Origin: an uncultured Thermoprotei archaeon
GTDB taxonomy: Archaea; Thermoproteota; Thermoprotei; Thermofilales; B15-G2
Direction of reading: 5' to 3'
DNA length: 64,000 nt
Assembly (NCBI GenBank): GCA_965367815.1
Contig: CBDUKN010000015.1
Span: 1 to 64,000, forward strand
In this document: piece after piece, positions 19,247 to 30,319 of the stretch
Numbering within the stretch: the first letter of the stretch is position 1
Layout: each line of letters opens with the position of its first letter
The notes under the pieces: model-generated
Databases searched by the model: none
The model's input: only the letters and a program-made list of their open reading frames with translations
What the model was told of the DNA's origin: nothing
Program-made: the position numbers and the translations under genes

Positions 19247-20998
19247 GTGAGTCTTGTAGATAAACTAAGACTTCTCGAAGCAGTAGTAAGAACTCCTAGA
19301 TACTTCTTAGCAGGTTATACAGGCGGGAAATTAATTTACTTATCTACAGTAGAAGGAGCTACCGACATATGGGCTCTAGACCTTTCAACTAAACATAGAA
19401 GGAGGCTGACTGAAGGAGGAATAGCCGCTATAGCTAAACCTTCTGAAAAAACTCCTCTTGCAATATATACGCGCGACGTAACTAAAGGAGAAGAACAGCA
19501 CCAAGTTTTTGCAGTACACGTCGACAAGGAAGAGAAGAAACTCTTGTTTGATGCCCCTCCCATGAGGATTTTCGGTATAGCTTTTAATGGAGAAAGAGTA
19601 GCGTTTACTGGTGCCACACGCGCCGAAATGGGGCTTTACTTAGGAGACATTAGTGGGAGCTACGAGAAATTAGTAAAACTAGAGTCTCTGGCTATAGTGA
19701 CAGACGTCAACGAAGAATACATTGTTGGCTACGGCACATTCGCTAAGAACCCTAAGTCAATGGAACTATTTATTTACAGTCTAGAGGAAAACAGGCTTAA
19801 AGTATATACGCCCAAGGAAGGCAGTATAAACAAGTCTCCTCGCCTCAATAAGTCGAAAATACTCTTCGAGACAAATGCTTTCGGAGGCAATAAGCTAGCA
19901 GTCTACGACATCGAGTCCGACGAGCTGACAAGACCAGAATTCACATACAGCGACTATGCTGAATACTCTCCAACAGAAAACTCTGTTTTCGACTGGACGA
20001 AAGACGGCAAAATATGGGTCATCGGCGATAAAAATGGTAGAACAAGAGTATTCATCGATGGCCAAAAAGTGCCCTTACCCGAGGGAACTACTACAAATAT
20101 CACTATAGTAGGAGACAAAGTCTATGCCTCACATTCTTCACTCACTAAGCCATATCAAATATATGAAGTAGACTTGAAGACAAATAAGGTTAAAGTACTG
20201 ATTGAAAACGATCTCCCTCCTGAAGTAGAGAAAAAGCTAGGAGAAGTACTCTTCATTAATTACAAGTCGTTCGACGGCCTAGAAATACCAGCATACGTAG
20301 TTAAATCAAAAGCAGCGCCCGAGCCAGGGCCGACGATAATATATGTTCACGGAGGCCCCTGGTCGCAGGTAGCCGACTTATGGAATACTATGATCGCGTC
20401 ACTGGTAGTATGTGGCTACCATGTAGTAGCACCTAACTTCAGGGGCTCAACAGGCTACGGCGAAGATTTCAGAATACTAGATATCGGAGACCCTGGCGGC
20501 GGAGATCTTCAAGACGTAATCTACGCTAGAAAATGGGCTTTAGAGAACAAACTAGCCTCGAAGGTAGCGATAATGGGCTATAGCTATGGCGGCTACATGA
20601 CTTTCTTGGCTACAGCTAAGCACCCAGAGCTGTGGACATGTGGTGTAGCGGGGGCAGGTATAACGGACTGGGAAGAACTCTATGAGCTGAGCGACGCGCT
20701 CTTCAAACAGTTCATCAATATTCTCTTCGCAGGACGCAGAGACTTATGGAAAGACAGGTCACCGGCAACATATGTGGACCAAGCTAAGACACCTATTTGC
20801 ATAATCCACCCACAAAACGATACAAGAACCCCACTTAAACCTGTATTAAAGTACGTGCAGAGACTGCTCGAAAATAAGGTAACATTCGAAGTTCATGTAG
20901 TGCCGGATATAGGCCACGCTATAAATAAGCTAGAAGACATGCTAAAAATACTACTACCCGCAATACTCTTCCTCGAAAAATATCTCAAAAAAGAATAG
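19247..20998 (+). CDS. S9 family acylaminoacyl peptidase
   Basis: Beta-propeller N-terminus; HGGP, GYSYGG nucleophile, NDTRT and GH. Confidence 0.95.
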   Translation: MSLVDKLRLLEAVVRTPRYFLAGYTGGKLIYLSTVEGATDIWALDLSTKHRRRLTEGGIAAIAKPSEKTPLAIYTRDVTKGEEQHQVFAVHVDKEEKKLLFDAPPMRIFGIAFNGERVAFTGATRAEMGLYLGDISGSYEKLVKLESLAIVTDVNEEYIVGYGTFAKNPKSMELFIYSLEENRLKVYTPKEGSINKSPRLNKSKILFETNAFGGNKLAVYDIESDELTRPEFTYSDYAEYSPTENSVFDWTKDGKIWVIGDKNGRTRVFIDGQKVPLPEGTTTNITIVGDKVYASHSSLTKPYQIYEVDLKTNKVKVLIENDLPPEVEKKLGEVLFINYKSFDGLEIPAYVVKSKAAPEPGPTIIYVHGGPWSQVADLWNTMIASLVVCGYHVVAPNFRGSTGYGEDFRILDIGDPGGGDLQDVIYARKWALENKLASKVAIMGYSYGGYMTFLATAKHPELWTCGVAGAGITDWEELYELSDALFKQFINILFAGRRDLWKDRSPATYVDQAKTPICIIHPQNDTRTPLKPVLKYVQRLLENKVTFEVHVVPDIGHAINKLEDMLKILLPAILFLEKYLKKE

Positions 20999-21410
20999 CG
21001 AGCTCTTAGCAACATTAAGTACTCTTGAATATTAACTTCTTTATCAACATAATACAAAAATATAAGTTAAAATTTCCTGACATTATATCTGTCTGACATC
21101 TTTTTGGAGATTCAATTTAATTCAAAAAATCTTAGACAAATATTTTTGTTATCATTCAAAATATACTTAAAATATGAAATAATTTGTTGCATTAACATGC
21201 TCTATTCATATTATTTACGAAGTATTGCTCTTAAGTAAAATACTTGATTTAATTTTAAAAATCAAATCTGAGCAACTATTTTCATACACTACACTTCTTG
21301 ACTATAGCCATATTGTATAATATTCCTATTAAACTTTAAAAATAACGTAATAATATTGGCGTAATCTTTTTATATCCAACTGAACTAATAATTATAGAAA
21401 AGGGAAAAAT

Positions 21411-21714
21411 ATGGCAGATCCCCTATTGCTAGCTAAACTTAGGATGAGTCTAAGAAGAAGTCATATAAGGAGGAAAATTTTAGAATATCTATTAGCTAAA
21501 TATCCTGAATATGCATATATATGAAATATCAAGGAAAATAAATATAAAACCTGATTATATTAAAGAAGCTTTGGAAGGAGGAAAATACTTCAGTAAAGAT
21601 CTCTCACTTACTGCATTAAATGTAGTAGAGAAAAAGAAAGTTGGAAAAATACTAGTCTATAGAGTAAATCCTACTCTTATTAAGGCATTAAAAGAAGAGG
21701 TTAATGAGCTATGA
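21411..21714 (+). pseudogene. EarA/DUF1495-like winged-helix regulator, frameshifted at an AT dinucleotide run (~21515-21522)
   Basis: ATG 21411 reads MADPLLLAKLRMSLRRSHIRRKILEYLLAKYPEYAYI*; the shifted frame continues YEISRKINIKPDYIKEALEGG..SLTALNVVE..YR. Confidence 0.65.
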
Positions 21715-22715
21715 AAAGGACTGTAGTCTCTGTAAGAGGTATTTCAAAGTCATACAAAATTATGATAGAAAGAAAAGAGGTAATTAGGAAAGTTTTAGAT
21801 AATATATTTTTTGATGTAGAAGAAGGAGAGGTTGTGGGCATATTAGGTCCTAATGGAGCTGGTAAAACTACGCTATTTAAGATCATAAGTGGAGTCTTAA
21901 AACCTGATGAAAATGATGTATTTGTATATGGCTACAGTGTTGTAAAAGAGCCCGAAATAGTTAAAAAGTACGTTACCATGATTGGAGGACAAGGCGGCAT
22001 AGGATTATTTCTTCATTTAAATATAATTGATAATCTTAAATTTTTTGCAAAACTATACGGTATTCCTTCTAATTTGGCTAAAATTAGAATTAAAGAAGCA
22101 TTAAAGGTACTGAACTTGGAAGAATATAGTGAATTACCTGTACTTTATTTATCTAGTGGCTTAAGACAAAGAACACTATTAGCTAAGGCACTTGTAGTGC
22201 GATCTCCAATACTCATATTTGACGAACCTACTTTAGGGGTAGATCCCATAGTAGCAAATCAAATAAGAGAATTTATACGAAATTACTTGTCTTCCGAAGA
22301 AAAAATAACTATTTTATTCTCTTCCCATTATCCAGAAGAAATAGAGTTACTATGTGATAGAGTAATTATTCTTCATAATGGCAGAGTAATATTCTCTGAA
22401 TACATTCAAAATATAGTAGCAAAAACAAATACAATAAACGTTACAATAGAACTAGCTAAAGAAAACAATATTTCTTGGAGTACGTTATTAGCCAGTATTA
22501 AAGAAAGAGGAGTAGAAAATATTATAGTAAATTCAAATAAAAGTATAACAATAACAATTAAATACAGAGTATTTGATAAGGTAATTAAAGAGATTGTAAA
22601 CACAATTGAAAAGACTTTTAAGTTAAAAATACGTAGTATTAAGGTAAATAAACCTTCTTTAAGAGATATATATTTAAAATTATTAGAAAGTGATAAAAAT
22701 GATAAAAATTATTAG
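21711..22715 (+). CDS. ABC-2 exporter ATP-binding protein
   Basis: [22 protein letters not shown]. Confidence 0.95.
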   Translation: MKRTVVSVRGISKSYKIMIERKEVIRKVLDNIFFDVEEGEVVGILGPNGAGKTTLFKIISGVLKPDENDVFVYGYSVVKEPEIVKKYVTMIGGQGGIGLFLHLNIIDNLKFFAKLYGIPSNLAKIRIKEALKVLNLEEYSELPVLYLSSGLRQRTLLAKALVVRSPILIFDEPTLGVDPIVANQIREFIRNYLSSEEKITILFSSHYPEEIELLCDRVIILHNGRVIFSEYIQNIVAKTNTINVTIELAKENNISWSTLLASIKERGVENIIVNSNKSITITIKYRVFDKVIKEIVNTIEKTFKLKIRSIKVNKPSLRDIYLKLLESDKNDKNY

Positions 22716-23493
22716 AACAAGTTTACTGTTAATAAGGATTGATTTTCTTATACAAAGAAAATATAAATTAGAACTAATAACGAGTATTTTATCAAAAATG
22801 AGCATCTACATAATCTTCTTACTATTGGCTATTTTTACCGATTACTATACTGGTATGAAATTTTTCTATAGTAAGTTTATCTTAACTGGTATAGTAGTTG
22901 ATAGTATTCTTTCTTCAGCACTATATACTCCGTCTCTCGTATTTATTCAGGAATATAAAACAGGAAGACTAGACTTAAAAATGATTCTTCCTCTGAGCAT
23001 TAAAGAGCTTATATATGCTCTTACACTGAAAGGTATGCTTTGGAGTGTCGTAGAAAACTCTATTTTTATAGTTTGTTGGTTTTACTTTCTTATATATACT
23101 CTTGAGAAAAATGTAGTCTTATCACTTCACTTTATTATAGTGACTATTTTAGCTTTATATTCTTGTTTAGAACTAGGCTTTTTATGTTTAGGCATTACCC
23201 TTAGTCTAGAAATTAGAGGTTTTAATCCTATGGTATTACTTATCAGAACATTCTTTGTAATAGTTTCAGGAATATACTTCCCGTTAGAAATTTTACCAAC
23301 ATATCTTCGAGTATTTTCTTTAATTTCGCCATACTATTACTTGGCAAATATCATAAGAGGAATAAAGATGAATGTAAGCCACTTAATGATTATGATAATA
23401 ACGGCTATTCTCTATGCAATAATTGGTTCTTTTTCACTAAATACTGGTATAAAGAATATGATTCGTAAAGGGCTGTGGCAGAGGTGGTTGTGA
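22690..23493 (+). CDS. ABC-2 permease
   Basis: About 6 TM segments; SGIYFPLEILP motif. Confidence 0.85.
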   Translation: MIKMIKIIRTSLLLIRIDFLIQRKYKLELITSILSKMSIYIIFLLLAIFTDYYTGMKFFYSKFILTGIVVDSILSSALYTPSLVFIQEYKTGRLDLKMILPLSIKELIYALTLKGMLWSVVENSIFIVCWFYFLIYTLEKNVVLSLHFIIVTILALYSCLELGFLCLGITLSLEIRGFNPMVLLIRTFFVIVSGIYFPLEILPTYLRVFSLISPYYYLANIIRGIKMNVSHLMIMIITAILYAIIGSFSLNTGIKNMIRKGLWQRWL

Positions 23494-24602
23494 TTAGAAG
23501 AAAAGTTATAGAAGTTTATAATATTTCAAAGAAATTTAGAAAAAGCCCAAAATTAGAGCCCTCTGTTATCTTAGGAAGAGGACATTGGATCGTAGCTCTA
23601 ATAAATGCTATCAAGGAAAAGAACTATGAGTATGTAACTGTATTAAACAAGGTATCATTAACTGCGCATGAAAATGAAATTTTAGGAATAGTAGGTCCTA
23701 ATGGAGCTGGCAAAACTACATTATTTAAAATACTATCTGGCATGCTCTTTCCCGATGAAGGTTATGGAAATATATTGGGGCTAGACCTAGTAAAAGATTT
23801 TCAAGAAATTAAAAGAGTAGTTAATATTATAGGTACATGTGAATGGCTAACATTTTATGAAGATTTAAGTGTAAAAGAAAATTTAGAATTTATTCAAAAA
23901 ATATATACTTTCTCTGGAATAAAGCCCATAAGAGATGTGGATAGCGTTCTAGAAATACTTAATCTAAAAGAAAGAATTAGTGAAAAAGTCAGAAAACTAT
24001 CTTCTGGCATGAGACAAAAATTGGCGCTCGCTAAGTGCTTAATAATATATACACCTGTTATACTGCTAGATGAGCCTTTTAGAGGACTAGATATTCTATC
24101 TGTAAAAGAGTTAAAAGAAATAATAAAAAATACTTTAAGTAAGGAAGATAATGAAACTATATTAATAAGTTCGCATAAGTTAAGCTATATAGAAGATCTC
24201 TGTGAAAGAATACTTATAATGAATAAAGGAAGAATAGTATCATCAATTAGTGTTGAAAAAATAAAAGAATTTTCAAAAAAGTTTATGGTTGTAGAGCTAG
24301 AAGTATACGGTATTTATAGCGAAATTTTAAATAAGCTTAAAAAGATTTTTGGGCAAAGCATTGTATATGTTTTTTCTTTTAAATATCCATACACAAGAAT
24401 TGTTTTTAGAGTCCTACTGGCTAGAAAAGAATATAGTATTTCAGAACTCTTAGATAAATTATCCAAGTATAATATCCGCTATCTGTATATTGAAGTTGAA
24501 GACCCTGTTCTTGAAGACTATTTTACCTATTTGATCAAAACAGGAATAGGTGAGGAGGAATATGAGGATTATAGAGAGAGTTTTAGTCTTTCTGAAAATT
24601 GA
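23475..24602 (+). CDS. ABC-2 exporter ATP-binding protein
   Basis: [23 protein letters not shown]. Confidence 0.95.
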   Translation: MAEVVVIRRKVIEVYNISKKFRKSPKLEPSVILGRGHWIVALINAIKEKNYEYVTVLNKVSLTAHENEILGIVGPNGAGKTTLFKILSGMLFPDEGYGNILGLDLVKDFQEIKRVVNIIGTCEWLTFYEDLSVKENLEFIQKIYTFSGIKPIRDVDSVLEILNLKERISEKVRKLSSGMRQKLALAKCLIIYTPVILLDEPFRGLDILSVKELKEIIKNTLSKEDNETILISSHKLSYIEDLCERILIMNKGRIVSSISVEKIKEFSKKFMVVELEVYGIYSEILNKLKKIFGQSIVYVFSFKYPYTRIVFRVLLARKEYSISELLDKLSKYNIRYLYIEVEDPVLEDYFTYLIKTGIGEEEYEDYRESFSLSEN

Positions 24603-25371
24603 TTTCCAAAATTGGATTTACACGTTAAGCTCATTAGTAACAATATGCATAGAAGTATTAATCGATAACATTATATTTTTGCTTATACTCCTTAGCTATA
24701 AAAATGTTTTATCAATGTATATAGAAAACTATACAAATTATGTGCTTATTGGTCTTTTAGTATACGACATATTAATGACGATTGAAAAAGCTCTTTATAG
24801 TGCTCTGCAGAGAGGGTACTGGAACTGCATTTTTGATGCAATCTTATTCGCTCCAAACTCATTTCTGCCCTATGTAATCTCTCATTTAATTGAAAACTTA
24901 TTACTCTCAACAATTAGAGCTATAATACTTGTATTGAGCTTCTTTCTTCTCTTTGGTTTAACGCTTAAATTTAAAGTAATAGACCTAGTACTGGCATTTT
25001 TAGTAACAATTTTATCAATAATTGCGATGGTAGGCTTAGGTCTCATAGAGGCTAGTACTTTTATTCTCACTAATTCAAAAAGAGGGTCTCCTTTGTCTCA
25101 CCTACTTGACTTTGTTATAAAAATACTGTCTGGAGCTTATATACCTCTTCAACTAATACCAGCTTACATTAGGTTAGTTAGTTATTTTCTTCCGCACACA
25201 TATATTATCGAATTGTATAGATATATTTTTCTAGGAACATCAATAAACGTGAATCTATTTCTTCAAGTATTAACTGTACAAAGTTTAACATTGATAATAT
25301 TAGGATATATGCTTTTTAAGTTAGCGCTAAGACGTGCTAGAGAAAATGCAAGCCTTCTTCTATGGATTTGA
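24550..25371 (+). CDS. ABC-2 permease
   Basis: About 6 TM segments; SGAYIPLQLIP..LPHTY motif. Confidence 0.85.
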   Translation: MRRNMRIIERVLVFLKIDFQNWIYTLSSLVTICIEVLIDNIIFLLILLSYKNVLSMYIENYTNYVLIGLLVYDILMTIEKALYSALQRGYWNCIFDAILFAPNSFLPYVISHLIENLLLSTIRAIILVLSFFLLFGLTLKFKVIDLVLAFLVTILSIIAMVGLGLIEASTFILTNSKRGSPLSHLLDFVIKILSGAYIPLQLIPAYIRLVSYFLPHTYIIELYRYIFLGTSINVNLFLQVLTVQSLTLIILGYMLFKLALRRARENASLLLWI

Positions 25372-25610
25372 TCAGCTACTTAAAGTCTTTAGGTAGTGAA
25401 CAGTTCTAGTACATTATCGTTTAATTTATTAATTATAAAGAATATGAGTCTCTCTAAGACGAAGAATCTTGGAAGACTAGCTGTCACTATAAGTAAGCTA
25501 AAAAATATGTCAAAGATACCGCTACCAGCGGTATTTTTCACAGAAAGTATCTTTAAGGAAAACTAGTAGTCTCTTAATAGTATTAAATATTTTTTGGGCA
25601 TATTTATTTC

Positions 25611-26348
25611 ATGAGAATTGGCGCTCAGCTAATTATATGGGGTAGGCGTGTTGAAGAAGACTTAGCGTCAATAGTAAAAACAGTTGCTGAAATAGGCTAT
25701 GAGGGTATAGAAACATCGCCTAGAGTTCTAGTTAAGTACGGCGACTGGAAAAAACTCCTTAAAGACTACGGTCTTAGCCTCGTAGCCCTCCACATAGGTG
25801 TAGGTAATTTAAAGGAAGCAGAAGACGCTTTAAAAATGCTTTCAGAATTTAACGGCTTCTATTTAACGTTCAGCGGGGCAGGCGGCAAAACCAAGACTCA
25901 AAAAGAATACCTCGAAAGCTGCCGCTTCTTAAACGAAGTTGGCCGCCTAGCCAAAGACTATAATGTCACAGTATGCTACCACAACCACGATTACGAAATA
26001 GTAAACAATGCCTGGGGGCTGAAAATCATCATAGAAAACACTGACCCCGAGTTAGTCAGACTCTGCGTTGATACTTACTGGGTTAAGTGCGGAGGCCTCG
26101 AGCCAGTAGATTTCATTAAAACACATTTAGATAGAATAGCTTATCTTCACCTCAAAGACGGTACTGAAGAAGACATGAAGCACCGCAAGTTCAGGGAGCT
26201 AGGTAAAGGCTGTATCGATTTCGAGAAAATACTGGAGATCGTTTCAGAGAAACTCGACTGGGTTATTGTCGAGCAAGACCGCAGCGAAAAAGATCCTTCT
26301 CAAAGTATGAGAGAGAGCAGGGAGTATTTAAGGCAGCTAGGCTACTGA
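25611..26348 (+). CDS. sugar phosphate isomerase/epimerase (AP endonuclease 2 TIM barrel)
   Basis: GYEGIE, YHNHDYE, DTYW, HLKD and VEQD motifs. Confidence 0.9.
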   Translation: MRIGAQLIIWGRRVEEDLASIVKTVAEIGYEGIETSPRVLVKYGDWKKLLKDYGLSLVALHIGVGNLKEAEDALKMLSEFNGFYLTFSGAGGKTKTQKEYLESCRFLNEVGRLAKDYNVTVCYHNHDYEIVNNAWGLKIIIENTDPELVRLCVDTYWVKCGGLEPVDFIKTHLDRIAYLHLKDGTEEDMKHRKFRELGKGCIDFEKILEIVSEKLDWVIVEQDRSEKDPSQSMRESREYLRQLGY

Positions 26349-26617
26349 CATATATTAAGCAGCCTCGTTTACAAACACACTCACATTTAATTTATTCTCG
26401 CATAAGCTGGAGACACTACTTTAAGCAAAGTACTCTGCAAAAGAAATCTCTAAAGAACCTTATGTTAAGGCTATATATTCTTTAACGCTAAAAATAGTTA
26501 CCTTTATTTTTAAAATTAATCAAGTATGTAACAGAAGTAATAAATATCTATCTACAAAATTTAATAAAGTTGCTATTATTCAAAAAGTTTAAATGTTTTT
26601 GAATTAAATATCTATTA

Positions 26618-27497
26618 GTGAAAACTGCTATAAGAGTTAAGAACCTAGTAAAAAAGTACTCTCAAGTTACTGCTTTAAGAGGCGTGAGTTTAGAAGTCCG
26701 GGAAGGAACTATTTATGGTTTACTGGGTCCCAATGGTGCTGGTAAGACTACTACAATTAATATTTTGGCAACTCTTCTTAAACCTTCTTCATGTTCGAAA
26801 ATTGATAGATATTGTGCCTCAGCGCCTTTGCTTAGACTTAAGGCTAACTGGATACAAAAACGTTTATTTTCATGGAAGGCTTAAGGGAGTTCCTTCCTCT
26901 ATTTTAAAAAAGAGAATAGATGAGTTAGCTGAAGCACTAGATATGAAAAGACACCTGAAGAGAAGAGTTAGAGAGTATAGTGGAGGAATGATTAGAAAAA
27001 TCCAATTTATGCAAGCTTTAGTAACACGTCCTAAAGTACTGCTACTCGACGAACCTACATTGACTTTAGATCCCGTTTCAAGGAGAATCGTATGGGATCT
27101 CTTTAGGAGACTAGTCTTAGAGGAAAAAACAACTATTTTCATGGCTACACACAATACTATGGAAGCAGAGATTCTATGCGATAAAGTAGGTCTTCTGAAT
27201 CACGGTCTACTAGTTAAAGAAGGTGCACCTAATATACTCAAAGAACAGCTCGGAGTAGGTGTGCTCGAAATTAGAGTTAAGGAAGAGTACTTGAATAGAG
27301 TAGTTAACGCGATATCAGAGTACTTAGGGGAGAAAATAGCTCGAATAAGGTCTACTCTGTATGTATTTTTAGACAAAGAAGAATACTTTGAGCCGCTGAC
27401 CGCTAAGATTAAAGACTACTGTCTTGAAGTAGTTTACAGGAAAATTACTCTCGAAGACGTATTTATTAAAGAAGTGGGGAGGAAAATTGTTGGCTAG
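26618..27497 (+). pseudogene. ABC-2 ATPase with an internal deletion/frameshift near 26790
   Basis: Walker A in fragment 1 ends LLKPSS; fragment 2 resumes [19 protein letters not shown]; the intervening segment is missing. Confidence 0.8.
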
Positions 27498-28266
27498 AGT
27501 TCTTACTCTAGTTTATAAAGAGCTTTGTGCCGCGTTTTCGGAGAAGTCTAGGTTTTTTATAAGAATACTTATAGATGTACTTTACATAGTTATTGGAGGA
27601 GTAGCGCTTCAGGCAATGATAGGAAACAGAGAACTGTTTCCTGGAGTAAACTATATTGAGTACTTGGTTCTCGGTATGATTTTTCACAGAATATTTGCCG
27701 ATACTATGTCGGAGACTTCTATTTCATTGTTCTCTGATCAGAGAAGTGGTATGCTTGGACTGCTTTTAGTGGCTCTTGAAGACCCCAAGTACATTATTGT
27801 GGGCAAGTTTTTGTCGTCAACTATAATTGGAATTATCGGCGGTTTAACACTTCTCGCTTCTTTAGCTGTAGTAATGCCCTGTCTCTTAGCGAAAAGTAAT
27901 ATTTTGGCGCTAATAACTTGTATTGTATTTTCATCACTTGTATATGCTTCATTTAGTATGTTACTAGCAACAATAGCAGTTACACCTGAAAGACTGAACT
28001 TAATTTTAAACATCTTTGGAAACGTTGTAGCCTTTATGAGTAATGTATTTTATCCTCTTGAATACATTCCAGCAATTTTCCACCCAGTCGTCTACGCCAA
28101 TCCCATGACTTACGTTGTAACTTTAGCTCGATTTTATACGCTAGGAGTAAATGAACTGCCGTGGGATTCCCTTAGTTTAATTGCTATAATATTAATATAT
28201 ACTTTCGTAAGCATTATCATAAGTATTAAAAGAATATACAAACTTATAGAAGAAACTAGACTATAG
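27487..28266 (+). CDS. ABC-2 permease
   Basis: YIEYLVLG and SNVFYP..NPMTY motifs. Confidence 0.85.
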   Translation: MLARVLTLVYKELCAAFSEKSRFFIRILIDVLYIVIGGVALQAMIGNRELFPGVNYIEYLVLGMIFHRIFADTMSETSISLFSDQRSGMLGLLLVALEDPKYIIVGKFLSSTIIGIIGGLTLLASLAVVMPCLLAKSNILALITCIVFSSLVYASFSMLLATIAVTPERLNLILNIFGNVVAFMSNVFYPLEYIPAIFHPVVYANPMTYVVTLARFYTLGVNELPWDSLSLIAIILIYTFVSIIISIKRIYKLIEETRL

Positions 28267-28345
28267 TAGACTACATTTTTGAAAAACCTTTTAGCTACTT
28301 TCGGGTTTAGAGTAGTTAAATATACCTTGAGGCTAATAGTTATCT

Positions 28346-30280
28346 GTGAAGCCCAATAAAGCTGTTATTATTGGTTTTGATGCACCTATAGCTAAACGCG
28401 TATACGAATTTGCTTTAAAAGGCGAGTTGCCTACAATTAAGAAGCTTATCGAAGAGGGAGTCTATGCAGAGAACTGCTTAGTTCCACTGCCTACTATTAC
28501 CCCGCCCAACTGGACTACTATTGTTACTGGAGCGTGGATAGGTACTCACCAAGTCTCCTGCTTCAATATATGGTTCCCTGGATGGCCTCTCAACAAAACA
28601 GTCCCAGCATTCACCTCAAAGTTCTGTAGAGCAGAGTACATTTGGAATGCTTTAGAGAGAGCTGGCCTTAGAGCTATTGTCATTAACTGGCCTTCAACAT
28701 GGCCTCCTACAGCCAAAAACATGGTTCAAGTGGCTGGTACAGGCCTCACAGTAAACGAGTGGAGAATAGATCTTCCTGAAGGAACGCATGTCGCTGTAGC
28801 TTTAGCTGATGCACAAGTGTTCTGCACTGAGGACTTGCCGCTGGCAAATAAAATTGTTTTAAAGGAAGCTAGTGGATGGGCTAATCTTCCTGAAGCGAAA
28901 AAACTTCTTGAAGCAGAACTTAAGCTAGAGTACAGGAGAGCTAAATTCAAGGTAAGAGAAAAGACTTGGTACATGCTTGTAGTAGATGAAGGTGAAGGCT
29001 TCTCTAAAGTAGCTTTATGCGAGGAAAAAGACTACTCGAAGGCATTCGCAGTGCTCCGGCCCGGCGAGTGGTCCAAAACAATTTACCAGAAATTCGACAC
29101 AGAGCGCGGCGTAAAAGAAGCTGCTTTCAGAGTAAAGCTCCTTGAGCTCTCGCCTGACGCGTCTAAAGTAAGACTTCTAGTTACTCCGCTCTGCTGCACA
29201 GACCCCAAGGAGATACCCGTTTACCCTGAGGATATTAAGCTACCTTACGACGTAGGATTGCCTGCTACACACGGAGTATTTGACGCACTTAACTTAGGCT
29301 TAATCGACATTGATACCTGGATAGAGTGTATTGACATGGAGCACAAGTTCTTCGCAGAAATAGCCGTCATGTTGATGAAAAAGTACAGCGACTGGGCTCT
29401 ACTATGCATGCACTTCCACTGCCCTGACTGGGCTTACCACGCTTTCATAAATAAAATAGACCCCGCTACAGCTAGCCCAGAGGAGCTCAAAGACTATCAG
29501 AGAGCTGAGCTCGAGTTCTATAAGAGCCTCGATAGAGCAGTAGCACGAATACTTGAACAAACAGATGAAAACACTTTAGTTGTCATAGTATCAGATCACG
29601 GTGCTAAAGCTACTACCGCGAAGTACTCGGTTGCAGAAATACTAGAGAAAGCAGGGCTTTTAGCCTACAAGATAGATGAAGAAGGAAACAGGGTCATAGA
29701 CTGGAGCAGAACTAAAGCAGTTCCACAGAGATCATGCTATATTTTCATAAACCTCAAGGGAAGAGACCCACATGGAATAGTAGATCCCAAAGACTACGAT
29801 AAAGTGAGAGACGAAGTAATTAAGGCGCTGTACGAGTACACTGACCCCGCTACAGGCCGCAAACCAATAGTCTTCGCCCTCAAGAAAGAAGACGCCAGAA
29901 TAATAGGGCTCTACGGGGACACTATAGGCGACATAGTTTACGCAGTATCACCTTACTTCGGAGGACAACATGGGCCACATCTCCCTACAGCTGAATACAG
30001 CATAGGTTCGCTCAAAGGCCTACTAATAATGAAAGGACCTGGAATAAAGAAAGGCTATGTACTAAAGAGAACAGTCTGGTTAACAGACATCGTTCCAACA
30101 ATATGCTATCTCATGGAACTACCTATACCAAGAGACTGCGAAGGCGCGATAATATATCAGGCTCTCGAAGACCCCGACATCAAAATCAAGGAGTTAAAAG
30201 AGCTTAGAAAGAAGTGTGAAAAACTCAAGGAAGCACTAGAGAAAACAATGTACCTTACACACACCTACGAAATGCCTTAA
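28346..30280 (+). CDS. alkaline phosphatase superfamily (nucleotide pyrophosphatase/phosphodiesterase-like) protein
   Basis: IIGFDA, PTITPPNW (Thr nucleophile), DWAYH, SDHG, GQHG and DIVPTI. Confidence 0.9.
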   Translation: MKPNKAVIIGFDAPIAKRVYEFALKGELPTIKKLIEEGVYAENCLVPLPTITPPNWTTIVTGAWIGTHQVSCFNIWFPGWPLNKTVPAFTSKFCRAEYIWNALERAGLRAIVINWPSTWPPTAKNMVQVAGTGLTVNEWRIDLPEGTHVAVALADAQVFCTEDLPLANKIVLKEASGWANLPEAKKLLEAELKLEYRRAKFKVREKTWYMLVVDEGEGFSKVALCEEKDYSKAFAVLRPGEWSKTIYQKFDTERGVKEAAFRVKLLELSPDASKVRLLVTPLCCTDPKEIPVYPEDIKLPYDVGLPATHGVFDALNLGLIDIDTWIECIDMEHKFFAEIAVMLMKKYSDWALLCMHFHCPDWAYHAFINKIDPATASPEELKDYQRAELEFYKSLDRAVARILEQTDENTLVVIVSDHGAKATTAKYSVAEILEKAGLLAYKIDEEGNRVIDWSRTKAVPQRSCYIFINLKGRDPHGIVDPKDYDKVRDEVIKALYEYTDPATGRKPIVFALKKEDARIIGLYGDTIGDIVYAVSPYFGGQHGPHLPTAEYSIGSLKGLLIMKGPGIKKGYVLKRTVWLTDIVPTICYLMELPIPRDCEGAIIYQALEDPDIKIKELKELRKKCEKLKEALEKTMYLTHTYEMP

Positions 30281-30319
30281 CCAACTGCATCACTATTGTA
30301 TAATGTTTAATATAATAAA

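Noticed and set aside
21003-25592. Degenerate direct repeat (CTCTTA..ATTAA.TA) at both sides of the AT-rich ABC island as att sites
   Set aside because: Several mismatches in AT-rich sequence and no integrase or tRNA nearby, so it is compatible with chance
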